A program made the position numbers and the translations under genes. This document shows, one piece after another, positions 1 through 37,105 of a stretch of DNA of 64,000 nt (the first letter of the stretch is position 1; the number at the start of each line of letters is the position of its first letter). The notes under the pieces are model-generated. The model was not told the origin of the DNA. It saw only the letters and a program-made list of their open reading frames with translations, and did no database searches. The DNA is taken from the NCBI GenBank assembly GCA_965213685.1, contig CBDBZY010000007.1, positions 96,001 through 160,000 on the forward strand. The letters run 5' to 3'. The stretch is from a bacterium. GTDB taxonomy: Bacteria > UBA8248.

Positions 1-1252
1 ACCAGGACGGCGTTATTCCCGACACCAGGACCTCACTCAACTGCGAAAGAGGAGACATCAAGTGGACACGAGCAAGGGGAAGTCACCATCTTACCTTCTT
101 CAAGAACCACAAGGACCTAGTGGTCTGCCTCACGATCAAAAGACCTGGAGCTCGCATCTACAGAACCAAGGGCACCTCAAAACAACTGCTAGCTGGTGTT
201 AATGACACAGGCTTTGTTGGTTGTTTCAAGTCTGAGTGCAGTCATGTTCCACTGTTGTTTGAGGTGGATGAAGACTACAGTGGCCCAACTAACCTCTTTT
301 ATGAGTACAGTGGCTACATTGATATCAGTAAGTGCTGCATGGATGAGGGTTGTGTGTATGTGTATGTAAATATAAAGGATGGCTTATGGTATTAATTCAT
401 GAAGCCTGTGTAATATTAGTTGCAGGAATGTTCCCCAGCATACCGGTGTCTGCAGCTGTTGCACATTTGTCCTTTCCTACTGGGAATTAAGATTCTTCTG
501 AACTGTATCTTCTTCTTTGAACAAAATATATTCATTACCTTGTAGAAAGGAAGAGTTGTGTTCATAACCCATGGCTTCCTTCCCCCTGCAGAGTGCCCAG
601 CTTGCACAGAGAGCTGTCAAAGAGATTGCCTATGTAGCTCAGACTTCAGTGAGTTGAAGAATGCTGTCTGTTTTGTGCAAAGCTATGCTAGTTACATCGA
701 TGTGTGGCCATCCTCTTGTGTATAGTTATATAACTATTGGCATTCCAGGAACACCTGGGGTTGAGGAAAGATCATTCATTGTCATACCATGATTATTATG
801 CCATACATCATCAAACACTAATTCACATGTTTTGATACTTTCCTCCTCTCACAGGTTTCCATGGAAAATTGAGGTCATCAACATACAGAAATAATCTCTA
901 TGTGTACTACTTTCAGGTGGCAGACTTTGTCAAGTATAATGGCGCCTACAAAGACCCTCTTCTGGCAAGGGATGCTGCAATGTGTCCTGGCACTTCTCCC
1001 TCAAGCAATGAAACAGAGACTGCCTTCAGTAATGAAGATATTTTGGATGAGATTCCTCCTGATGGAACAGTGCGAGTGTATGCCAAGTGCCCACTGAGAA
1101 TAAACAAAACATACTTTGTTTCAGGTCATCTCCATGTTACTAAGAATGGAAGACCGCGCTTAATGATGTGTTGCACACATGCAGATGAACACTACACAAT
1201 ATCTCACTTAGCAGATTTGGTACATAGACAAGAGTGTTGTAGACATGTTTGA
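1..1252 (+). CDS. Meteorin/METRNL-like Cys-rich protein, 5'-partial; exons <1-327, 592-648, 855-1252
   Basis: Spliced frame with GT-AG introns: ...SLNCERGDIKWTRARGSHHLTFFKNHKDLVVCLTIKRPGARIY...CFKS...LLFEV / KCPACTESCQRDCLCSSDF / SFHGKL...KCPLRINKTYFVSG...RLMMCC...ECCRHV*. This parallels the meteorin pattern C-x-x-G-x-x-x-W...VC...A-x-IY...CF...LFVE...C-x-x-C...CxSDF. Confidence 0.6.
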
Positions 1253-1470
1253 AACGTTCACATCTTCCTCCCAGTTTGTGTCATTCCTTGTGTATATAAT
1301 TATACCCCGAGTCGTAAGTCACTCTATGTTCACCACAATATACATGATGTCAAGTTGTCTATGTGTTCATGTGTATACAAAGAAACGTGCTCTACAGCCT
1401 ACCCATTCCTTTTTGAATACCAGAGATACCTCATTAGTACTCCCACTTATTACTTCATTAACTAAAATGG

Positions 1471-1918
<448 letters not shown>

Positions 1919-2111
1919 AGCAATATGCATAGTAAGCAATCCCACTAAGCAGCATACAGCTCTGTGATGTGCCTACCATTGTAGGTAACAAGGCATGAAA
2001 CAGGCATTGAAAAGCTGTGTAAGTGCACATAAGTGTTGACACAACAAGAAAATGGTTAACAATAGAATTACAAAAAAGTATCTCTTAGAAAACCATACAG
2101 TAAAGTACGTA

Positions 2112-3089
2112 TCACAACTCAAAGTGTTGCAGACACACTAGCTGCTGAGGCTCTACTTCAGCTCTGCACACGGGGCACTCTGACCTCTCACTCGTCCACT
2201 CGGCCACGCACTGCCAGCAGAAGAGGTGGCCACAGGGAGTGGCGCTGAGGCTCCGCCCACCCTCCAGACACAGGGGACATTTCAACCGGATCTGTTCAGT
2301 GCCCGAGTGAAGACTGTGCTCAGAGTCTGTTGCAAGAGTGAGTATCGGTCCTCTATCAGTGACATCCTGTGCTTCAGTGTCCACCCCACGTCTCCGAGCT
2401 TTCCTCTGCCTCCATAACCTCCGAGCCAGAGTCAATACCTTCACTGCCACCTGACAGACAATGAGCCAGCCCAATACCTTGTAACTACCCAGTCTTGGCT
2501 GCTGATTGTCACCCAGTCCATAGGTGACCATGAGGTAGCGAATGCCTGCCACTCTCTTGCCAATGTGATAAAACACACCTTGAATGTAGAACAGGGCAAG
2601 ATGGAGCTGGCTGATCGTTGAGACAGTGTCCTCCACAACACCCACTGCATTCTCAAGTAGCTTATACTGCCAGTCACTCAGCTCCAGAGGCAAACTCCTC
2701 TGCTGAATCCTTCGATACAGATACTCAAGACACTTCTCCACAGTATACGGACCAAACAACTGCACTAAAATGGCCACCGTTCGCCTCACCAACCCAGGAG
2801 CAAAGAATTTCCTATCTCCCCCGACCTTGCTATTTTGCGGACCCACTTGCACTGCATTGCAGTACTCCTCTCCGAGGGTCTGACTGCCATAGACGGTGGT
2901 GAGGCCATAGTACACCACCTCGGCAATGAGTTGGAGCTCTCTCTCCCAGCACAGCCAGTAGCGGAGAGGGAGGGCCTGCTGAGAGATGCTTGAGATCAGG
3001 GAGTGGATGTAGCCGGAGTAGAACCTGTCCTTCTGGTTGCTGCGAACCAGTTCAGGAGCTCCGGCTGGCGAGAGCTGAAGTCTGGGCAT
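2112..3089 (-). CDS. PEX10: Peroxin 10 (Pex2/12 N-terminal domain + C3HC4 RING), intronless CDS; ORF stays open to 3230
   Basis: MPRLQLSPAGAPELVRSNQKDRFY, YYGLTTVYGSQTLGEEY, LHLALFYIQGVFYHIGKRVAGIRY, RING CPLCLE...TPCGHLFCWQCV...ECPVCR. Confidence 0.95.
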   Translation of the reverse strand: MPRLQLSPAGAPELVRSNQKDRFYSGYIHSLISSISQQALPLRYWLCWERELQLIAEVVYYGLTTVYGSQTLGEEYCNAVQVGPQNSKVGGDRKFFAPGLVRRTVAILVQLFGPYTVEKCLEYLYRRIQQRSLPLELSDWQYKLLENAVGVVEDTVSTISQLHLALFYIQGVFYHIGKRVAGIRYLMVTYGLGDNQQPRLGSYKVLGWLIVCQVAVKVLTLARRLWRQRKARRRGVDTEAQDVTDRGPILTLATDSEHSLHSGTEQIRLKCPLCLEGGRSLSATPCGHLFCWQCVAEWTSERSECPVCRAEVEPQQLVCLQHFEL

Positions 3090-3257
3090 GGCCTGGCTAG
3101 GCGGCTGGCTGGGGCAGTGGGGGGTGGAAGAGAAGAATCTGCTGGCAGTGTCTGTAGGGAGAAGAGATATTAAAGAGGTCAATGGTGGGGTCTCCATTCC
3201 ATGCAGCTGTCGACATTCCGGTACAGACATGAGGCAGTAGGCCTGTACATCTAAGTT

Positions 3258-6178
3258 ATGGCTGAAGACAAAGACAACGCTGAGGTTGACGTGGTGAGTT
3301 CACGTGGAGACATGGATATAAGAGTTTCGAAGCTATATATGAGACGTAGATACAATACACGGATTATAATTATTTATATTCACGCGCGCGGTCAACTTTG
3401 ACCTATTTTCCAAACGCCCTTACTGCAGTCAGTGGTGATGACGGTGCACAACGCCGCCAAGTGGCTCCAGGAGGCGCTGGACTCTGTCCTCTCGCAAACC
3501 TTCCGCGGGAAGATGGAATTGTCTTTCTTCAATGACGCGTCCACAGTAAGCCCCGCCCTTTTCGGAGCTACATGATTGCGGCTATTAGTGCCCAGTCATC
3601 TAATGTTGTGTATTAGTCTCGTGAACCAGACGTAATCCCGCGGGGAATTACGTCTGGGCGCACCTGCCAGGGTTTTGGGATCCGCGCGGTATGCGGTGAC
3701 GTAATGATAATTAACCCTAAACGCGTAAAGAATTTGATTGTCACGGTGTGAGAGGAAGGTGCAGCGTGCAAGGTGTCGACCATCAGCTCCAAACAACGAG
3801 TCGAAGCTAGCAAGAAGGATGCTGTAACATAGAGACTTCCCGCTCCCAGTTGGCAGACTCACAAACACGTCGTTGCCTTGTACAAAGTTTTTGACGGCTC
3901 TCACTTGCTGGTGACGTAGCTTGGAGTATCCGAGCTTCTCCGCTGCTCTGTGTATAGCCAAGTCAATCGCGCTCTCGGAGAAGGCAGCTGTAGCCATAGT
4001 ACGGGGACGGTAGCTACGCTTGCACGGTGGCAGGAATGTTTCGCGGAATGTAATAAAGCGTTTGCTGCAATCTGATTGGCCCTGACAACATTCCGTCAGA
4101 GGGCCCAAAACCCTGGCAGGTGCGCCCAGACGTAATTCCCCGCGGGATTACGTCTGGTTCACGAGACTAGTTGTGTATGTGCTAATAGGACTCATCATTG
4201 GACATATTAAAGGCAATGATGCCGAGGTTTGAAGCAAGAAACATTAAGGTGGTGGTTGGAAACAACATGCACCCTGAACCCAAAGGAGGCAAGCTATCAA
4301 GCCCTGTTACTGGGTGTGATGTAATGACTGTGCTATTCACTTCTGTAGTTGGATACGGCATAAACCATGCTATCCTCCACAGTACAGGAAAATACCTGTG
4401 TTTCTTGGATGGCGTGAGTATATCTCATTTTCCCATAATTTTTCAATCATTCAAGGAATAAAAGTTCTAATAGGATGATGTCATGGCCCCTGACAGAGTG
4501 GAGCTGCAGCTATCTGCCACCATGGCTCACCCAAACATGGTAGTGTCAGCTATGTATGATATTTACTGTCTAATTAGCCAATTAGCTGTGTTGTCACTCA
4601 GATTATTGGCTGCTGTTTCACAAGAAAGCCAGAGGAGTCTACAGTGCGGTACACCAGATGGTGTAACTCCATCACTCCCGAGCAACTCTACACACAGGTG
4701 GGCAGTGGTAGATATGCGGAGAGGAGTGCTGGGATTGCCCATCTCTCTGGTGTTGTGTGCACATGCGTGTGTGTGTCTGTCTGTTTCTCTGTCCACCCAT
4801 CTAGGCTTTCACTGCCTTTGGACCAACAATAATCAAACCCACCTGGCTAATGACCAGGGATGTATATGAGAAAGCTGGGCCATTTTCAGAAGATGGAAAA
4901 GTGAGTTGTAGTCTTCAGTCTCCTTGTGACACTTTTTGTAAGTGTATGTGTTGTCCTAAGCACTCTACATAGTGAGATTGAGCTAAGCAACCACTAAACT
5001 CCTGCATGTGTAGTGCAGTTGACACAGGGAGACCAGACATTGCATACCATGCTGTGTGTGGCTCTTTGATGAGCAGATGGTAGTATTGAATAGGACTCTT
5101 AACCCTCTAATGCCTAATGGGTTAACCTCAAGGGCACTCCGGAAGATCTCATCTTCTTCTACAAACATTTATTGGCTGGTGGAAACCTTATAAGGATAGA
5201 CAAGCCCCTTTTGATGTATCGCTATCACCCACAATGTGCTACCCATGACGTGGACAGGTGAGCAGTCTCCCTCTCTTCTTTACTCCTTGCATGCTCATTC
5301 TCATTCTCTCCACCTTTCTCCTTCAACAGGCATACCATATGGAATCTCAGGGTGAGGGCAATACAAGATTTCGTACTGAACAAATGGGAGGCCTTCACAA
5401 TCTGGAATGCCGGCAAACAGGGAAGAAAACTGTTCAGAAGTTTAGATCCACACAATCAAGCAAAGGTAAACCTACAATTCCAGTGATATGCTCTTTTCAC
5501 TCATTGATATTAATTTTTGATCGATAGGTGATTGCTTTCTGTGACGTTGATGCAAAAAAGCTGGCACTGGGTCACTATACTCATGAGGAGAGCACAGTAA
5601 GCACACAGTCTGATGCTCAGGTAGATCTGCCACACACTACCTCAGTCCTTGTACTGTGCAGGCCTGTTTGACGGAATACTTTAGGTAGTTTGTGTGTATA
5701 AGATCCCCTATCAGTGCAAGCCTGAGGCCATCATGTTTGGCTTGGTGACAACACACTGTCTGTGCATAGTGAAGGTCATGATCAGGTTGCAGTCATTCCT
5801 AAAGATTGGACTATTCATACCATGTTTCAGCCCTGGAATGGCTGCTATATAATTGTGTTCACGTGATTGAGATAGTGGATTATATAATTATATAGAATAT
5901 TTCTCGTGACAGACACCATGAGAAGTAGAGTTAGTGTCTTCCAAACTCCATACAGGAAATTCCCAAGCCAAAGATACCAATTTTACACTTCACAGCTGCT
6001 AAACCTCCCTTTCTACTGTGCATCAAATGGGTATGCCTTAATTGCTCTCTTGTAATTCTTATGTGTTGCCACTGAGCTCCTCCCAATCCTCTCTCAGGAC
6101 ATGACTGGAGGTGATTTTGAACACAACCTGCAGTCACTACATCTGAAGGAAGGGGAAGACTACTACCATTTTAGCTGA
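3258..6178 (+). CDS. B3GNTL1: B3GNTL1/QTGAL GT2-family glycosyltransferase (queuosine-tRNA galactosyltransferase), multi-exon
   Basis: Exons give [21 protein letters not shown]...[15 protein letters not shown]...[104 protein letters not shown]. Confidence 0.93.
3614..4169 (-). mobile_element. Non-autonomous AcademH-like DNA transposon (internal-deletion derivative) carrying a RecQ-helicase 5' fragment, in B3GNTL1 intron 2
   Basis: Perfect 66-bp TIRs (3614-3679 / 4104-4169) starting TAGTCTCGTGAACCAGAC. Exact 9-bp TSD GTTGTGTAT (3605-3613, 4170-4178). Internal minus ORF from ATG 3997: [37 protein letters not shown] (RecQ Q-motif + motif I). Confidence 0.88.
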
Positions 6179-6185
6179 CACGTGT

Positions 6186-6295
<110 letters not shown>

Positions 6296-7184
6296 CCCTC
6301 CACAATTCCTTTGACTCCCAGAAGGCTTTTATCACGTTGTATCACAGAGTCCTTGTCCTCCACCTGCATGTGTGTCCTTTGCTTTGTGTGCACATGTGCA
6401 CTACCAGCAGCCCCCCAGCCAAAATACTACGATTATATATACTGCATGTGGCGCTTGAGCACAAAGGACTTTCTTTTACTTTAATCAGGCTATGTGAAGA
6501 GGGCAAAGGACTATCAGATTACACCAGTTTACTCACTGAGTTACAAGGTTACTACCTTAAAAAGATTTTTAATGTGCAAGAGCCACAATTGTGCGTTTGA
6601 ACAGACTCCTTGTATTCCAAACAGCAGGGCTGAGAAAGTCAACTGTTATCATCCACAGAGGTGGTAATGTCTCCTTGTAAAAACACGTATTCATGAACCA
6701 AGAGTGCTCACCTTCCAGCACTGGCCTCAAGAAAGGTATGTGTATTGTACTGTAACAGTAGGGGCACATGTGACTGTGTCACAGCCAGGTGGAAGTGCTA
6801 GTGATGGTGTTAGAAACACTCTCCAGCCTAATCCTCACATACATTAACAAGACCTGGAAATGATAATCAGCAAAGAGTTGGCTTACAAGGAACTGGTGGT
6901 GATACCTGCCAACTCACCACCATGTTATCAGGTCTGGTCCACAGGTCAAAGGTCACAAGATGTCATACAGTGCAGAGCTGCCATAATGTTTCACAGCAGC
7001 AAACATACATTATTTTTAGAGATACAGCCAGAAAGTGAACCTTAAAATCAAGTGAACTTGAACATATCAATGTATGCACTGTTTACCCATCACATAAATA
7101 GCACCAGTACAATACGTGAGATACACACACAGTAGGCTGGATGATGGTACATGCTGACTTTGACAAGTGACTAGTCCAACAGCT

Positions 7185-7539
7185 CTAGTAGTCATCCATT
7201 GGGTTCCTGTCTTTGTGTTCTGTAGTAGTAACACAGAATGGGATGAGCTGCCTGCCAGTGAAATGGTGTGGAACATACACAACGTGTGTCTTACTTCTGT
7301 AGTGCGTGGGCCAAGTCTCTATCTCCTTTACGTACACCTTTGTCCCTGGTCTCAGAAGTACCCATAAGGGGCCTGTATAGGGGTCAAAGGTTACGTTTTC
7401 CCCCCGCCCACTATCCTTTCTTCTTTCGCTGACCTGCTATTCCCATGGCTGCGGAAACAACGAGCACGGGCTGTGTCGACCACGCCATACGTAGCCAGTT
7501 CCAGCTTGCCACAAACGACCTTGCAATCCTACTAGCCAT
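7185..7539 (-). CDS. NDUFA3: NADH:ubiquinone oxidoreductase subunit A3 (B9)-like, about 72 aa; exons 7539-7434, 7372-7295, 7219-7185 (last acceptor uncertain)
   Basis: MASRIARSFVASWNWLRMAWSTQPVLVVSAAMGIA|GPLWVLLRPGTKVYVKEIETWPTHYR|KHKDRNPMDDY*. AW..QPVLVVS...G resembles NDUFA3 AWDKEPVLVVSFVVG; single TM helix; GT-AG introns in consistent phase. Confidence 0.75.
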
Positions 7540-7680
7540 GTTTTTTTCTATGCGCCCCACTACCTCACGTGAGAGCACGTGAGACTTCAAAGTTGAAATT
7601 TTGGGAGGCGCGGCGGCCGCGCCGGCGAGCGCTAAAAGGTTGTACGGCCCCGTTATTTGCTATGGTTACGAAGAAACAAT
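7540..7680. promoter_or_regulatory. Bidirectional CpG-rich promoter NDUFA3-like / PP1-like with two CACGTG E-boxes (7566-7571, 7576-7581)
   Basis: 141 bp between divergent ATGs; TCACGTGAGAGCACGTGA; GC-rich GGCGCGGCGGCCGCGCCGG. Confidence 0.6.
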
Positions 7681-11300
<3,620 letters not shown>

Positions 11301-11723
11301 AGTGAACACCAGACACCATATGAAGCAAACTGCATCATAGTCTTGCTACATATGTGGCCTCTGCTCCATATGTGTACATGTACATAGCCTCAACTGCCCA
11401 GTCATCACATCACCCATCCTCCTGCCTCATCGCCATGTATTACAATGCATATATATACAATGTGCAGGCAAATCCACTCACATATCATGTACACTCATTC
11501 ATTAGCACTCCCTGCGGACTGTCACCACTACTCGTCTTGTATAATCATTTGTCCAATACATAGGAGATAAAAACAGTTGAACTTTGAAAGTGGACACACG
11601 GTACATACAACAAAGTCTGCACGCCATTCTAGTAATGATATTGGCAGCAGTTGAAACTAGAAATAAACTAATAAATTAGTCCTGCGATAATTTCCAAAGT
11701 TGAACACACAGAGTCTTTCCGTT

Positions 11724-14894
<3,171 letters not shown>

Positions 14895-15057
14895 CTTTAA
14901 TTGTATACGGTCTGCGGGATAGCAGTACGAGAATGGGACTTTTAACGCGCCCCGCGCATAATTTTAATAAGTTTATTAATAGCAACACCATAATAATGAT
15001 TCCATAGACACGTAACAAGATGTAGAAAGATTAAAAAGCATATAACTCCGTTCAATT

Positions 15058-27314
<12,257 letters not shown>

Positions 27315-27704
27315 TTCTCTCTGATTATACCACAACTGGCTATTGCAAATGTGTATTATATCAATGGTTCACACTTCCTCCGGAAATACTAACTTGCATA
27401 TCCGGTGTGCCAGCTTCGCGCGCAATCACGCGCATGCGGTAGGTCGCACAGCGCGCTAGTATAGTGCAGCTGCGCTATAGCGCTAGCGCGGTGCGCGGAG
27501 CTAGCTAGCTGCAATAATTACGTAATAATATTAATTTCCGTTTGTATCACGTGGTCAAGGTGGGCGGGCCGGGGTTAAGGCTGTTTCCGAGGAGCGCTGA
27601 GGCAACCGTGAAATAGTGTTACAGTATACCATATTGCAACAGACAAGCTAATATAAAGCCGAGGGGAATCGCAGAGCCGCCAGTGTACTTTGAAGTACGG
27701 CAGA
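27315..27704. promoter_or_regulatory. Bidirectional CpG promoter PLC / ACO2
   Basis: Divergent ATGs at 27314 and 27705; NRF1-like GCGCATGCG (~27430), CACGTG (~27548), GC box GGGCGGG, imperfect palindrome ~27449-27493. Confidence 0.55.
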
Positions 27705-34296
<6,592 letters not shown>

Positions 34297-34805
34297 TCCA
34301 GTTAGCTCAGTACACCTCAGACCAACCATATAGCTATTTATTGTACAGAAGACAGTGGTAGATCTGCCAGCACCTGTGTGTACTAGTGATATGCAGTACA
34401 GTATCTTCTTATGACATTTTATGTTGTACAAGCACGTGTGTATATATCATCCAGATGATGGATATCCCAATCCTGGTTGTGCAACTTGACATAACCATAA
34501 CTTCAGCTGTTTGTGTAATGGTCATCCAGTAGGTAGACTTGTCACGGATGAGCATGACACAGCAGCACTTTAGCAGGTCCAAAGTCTTTCCTGATAGGTG
34601 GTTAGGGACAGGAAAAGAGCGACTAGCTGGGTGTACTGGGGCATCCAACTCCCACAAGGCACCCCAAACCTTAGGCGTACTGAAGCACCCAAAATCTTTA
34701 CCCACTAGGTGTACTGGGGCAACCAAAACCTACTTGTACAACTGTGTCTAGTCCCGCCATGCTAGGGACAGGAAAAGCGCCACACGCACGAAGGCTCAAA
34801 TATAG

Positions 34806-34815
34806 GCGCATGCGC
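34806..34815. promoter_or_regulatory. NRF1-type palindrome upstream of PIGX
   Basis: GCGCATGCGC about 120 bp before the ATG at 34935. Confidence 0.4.
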
Positions 34816-34934
34816 TAAAAACTGAGCGGTCTGGGAACCAGACTGGTCTGGAAGACGTCTCGTACCCGTGCCAGGCACAATGCAACTGGGCACGTATCGG
34901 ACTTCGGCTTTGCAAAGTGTGGAAGTACTATGTA

Positions 34935-36302
34935 ATGCTCTGGGTGGTGTCGCTGTTGTGCGTGGCCATCCTGCTGCCCCCGGCGAGCTGCATTTCAGTG
35001 AGAATAGATCCCTCCATTTTGGGTAAGAGGACGGGGTAGCCATGTGGACACCTGTCACAGGCTGTGCTAGTACCGCTGCGTAGCTATGACGGTTTGAAAT
35101 ATAGCTACTCTACCGAATCGTTCATCCTTATTTCGAATCTCCTCTCTCGCTGCTCTCTTGCTGCAGGACAGCCGTGGACTGGCCTGGAGGCCCCAGCTAG
35201 AAACGTAGCTGCGTGTGTGGGCGTAGAGTATTCTCTGACAGGTCAGGGCTACCACAGAATACTACTGGCCAGCATATGGAGGGAGGAGGAGGAGGAGGAG
35301 GAGGGTGAAGTAAGATGTGAAGGAGGGGTGAGGCAAGATGAGACGTTTATCATTGCAGTGAATGTCACCTCAAACATGTACATCGATCTGGACCAGGTAT
35401 GTAGTGGGCCCAGCTCTAGTTGAAACAGGCAGCAGTAAAGTGGTAATACTTATCCTACCTCCAGATATCCCAACTGGCCCAGTTTGGAGGTCCAAAGGTA
35501 CGTCTGCTCTGTGCTGTTGGGTACACCAACTATTGCAGCTAGGATGCAGAAGAGAGTTCTTCACTCTCCTAGTCCTAGTCCATCCCACATTTCCTTTATC
35601 CTGAGAGTGCCATTTGGCACTGGTGTAGCCGTACATGGTTCAACTGTAGTGCTCTTTGAGCTGTCTCGTACCACTTCCCTCCCTCCCCCTCCCTTCTCCC
35701 TCCCTTCCCCCTCTCTTCAGGTGGTGGCCTCTGGTCACATTGACACAGAGAGACCAGCCATGGAGGCAGAGCACCATCTGCTGCTGGTCTTTGTGGAGAT
35801 GAAGGGTGGAAGGTGAGAGCTGGGGGAGCTATGTACTGCCACGTCTGTAGGCTGTTGAGGCAGTCCATACATTACATCCTGTATGTTCTCCACAGGGCTA
35901 AGGTTGAGGTACCGTTGCATCTCCGTTACCTGGCAACTGGCTCCTCCCCCTACTCTGTCGTCACCATCCCCACACCCATCCTCCTCTTCCCATCCTCCAG
36001 AGGTGAACACACAGTACGTTATTACTCCCAAACACTCTTTTATGTCTCCTCCTCCCCTTCCCTCCACTTTCACAGGCCATCACACAGTCACCCTCCCATG
36101 CAGCACAACCTCCTCCTCACACTGTCACTGGCACCATGCACCCATCACCCCTCACCATCCCAACCTCCCTGACCCTCCTCTTCAGGCCACATTGCCTCTA
36201 GGACAGAAAGAGCATGTGACTGCTGTTGCCATAGTAACAATAACCTTAACTCTCTCAAGTATGCTCTATCTGATGCACACCTTCTATTCCAGTCAGCTGT
36301 AA
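34935..36302 (+). CDS. PIGX: GPI mannosyltransferase I subunit PIG-X/PBN1-like, multi-exon
   Basis: Signal peptide MLWVVSLLCVAILLPPASC; GQGYHRIL; VTSNMYIDLDQ; HIDTERPA; VPLHLRY; C-terminal LPLGQKEHVTAVAIVTITLTL TM segment. Confidence 0.8.
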
Positions 36303-36390
36303 CCATCATTATGAAAACATGTCATTTTCTGCACACTACATCCTGTTACTGATGAATGCAACAAGCTACAGTATATATAGTAGATATAGG

Positions 36391-37105
36391 TTATACCATG
36401 CAGTGGAGGTATATACGGGAATGTATAAGACCGCGGAAACCGGTTTAGAGACCCGCGCGCGAAGCGCAAGGGTCTCTAAGGTTTCCAAGGTCTTATGCAC
36501 TCCCGTATATACCGACACGGCATGGTATAAGGTATTTATGCCATGCAGATACACTGCACGCGCACGTACACGTGCCATGGCTCCGGCCGCGTGATAGCTG
36601 TACTCTATGCCCTGCGGGCTCGGGCGTCCCGGATACGACGCACGAGCAAACGGCTTACGCGCGACGCCTTGCGCGTGACACGTACAACAGTTGTCCCGAG
36701 GCTACGAGGCAGAAAGCGTGCACAAACACAGGCACGTACACGCGCGCCATGGCTCTGCGTGATAGCTGTACTCTCTGCCCCGCGGGCCTGGATACGACGC
36801 TCGCACACCACGCGCAAACGACGTACGCGCGACGCTTTGCGCGTGATACGTACAAGACTTGCCCCCGAGGCTACGACGAGGAAAGCGTGTACAAACACGC
36901 ACGGCCTTCAGAGGTCTAATAAGTAGCTTCAGAGGTCTAATAAGTAAATCTGACCAATCAGGTGACAGAATTCCACCGTCAGAGGTCTAATAAGTAAATC
37001 TGACCAATCAGGTGACAAAATTCCACAGTCAGAGGTCTAATAAGTAAAATAAAGGACCTCACACTGACCAATCACATCCTAGAATTCATAGTAAGCATGG
37101 TATAA
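36391..37105. mobile_element. Repeat element with TTATACCATG / CATGGTATAA ends, a 140-bp terminal palindrome and internal tandem repeats (possibly a non-autonomous Crypton-like element)
   Basis: Imperfect hairpin 36391-36530; two ~170-bp CpG-rich units (~36560-36900); four TCAGAGGTCTAATAAGTA boxes (~36908-37046); CATGGTATAA at 37096-37105. Confidence 0.55.

Noticed and set aside
3596-4108. 170-aa RecQ-like ORF as a host helicase gene
   Set aside because: Only the Q-motif and motif I are present, and the ORF is enclosed by TIRs and a TSD; it is a transposon remnant.
6300-7060. Splice-like signals and short ORFs between B3GNTL1 and NDUFA3-like
   Set aside because: I could not assemble a phase-consistent, recognisable protein on either strand. 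Treated as convergent 3' UTRs, though a small gene or lncRNA is not excluded.
36543-36926. Arg-rich ORFs on both strands within the CpG-rich tandem units
   Set aside because: They are open because of GC-rich repeat composition; no recombinase, HUH or transposase motifs are visible.
36907-37050. Regularly spaced 18-bp repeats resembling a CRISPR array
   Set aside because: The intervening sequences are themselves near-identical rather than unique spacers; there are no cas genes and the context is eukaryotic.
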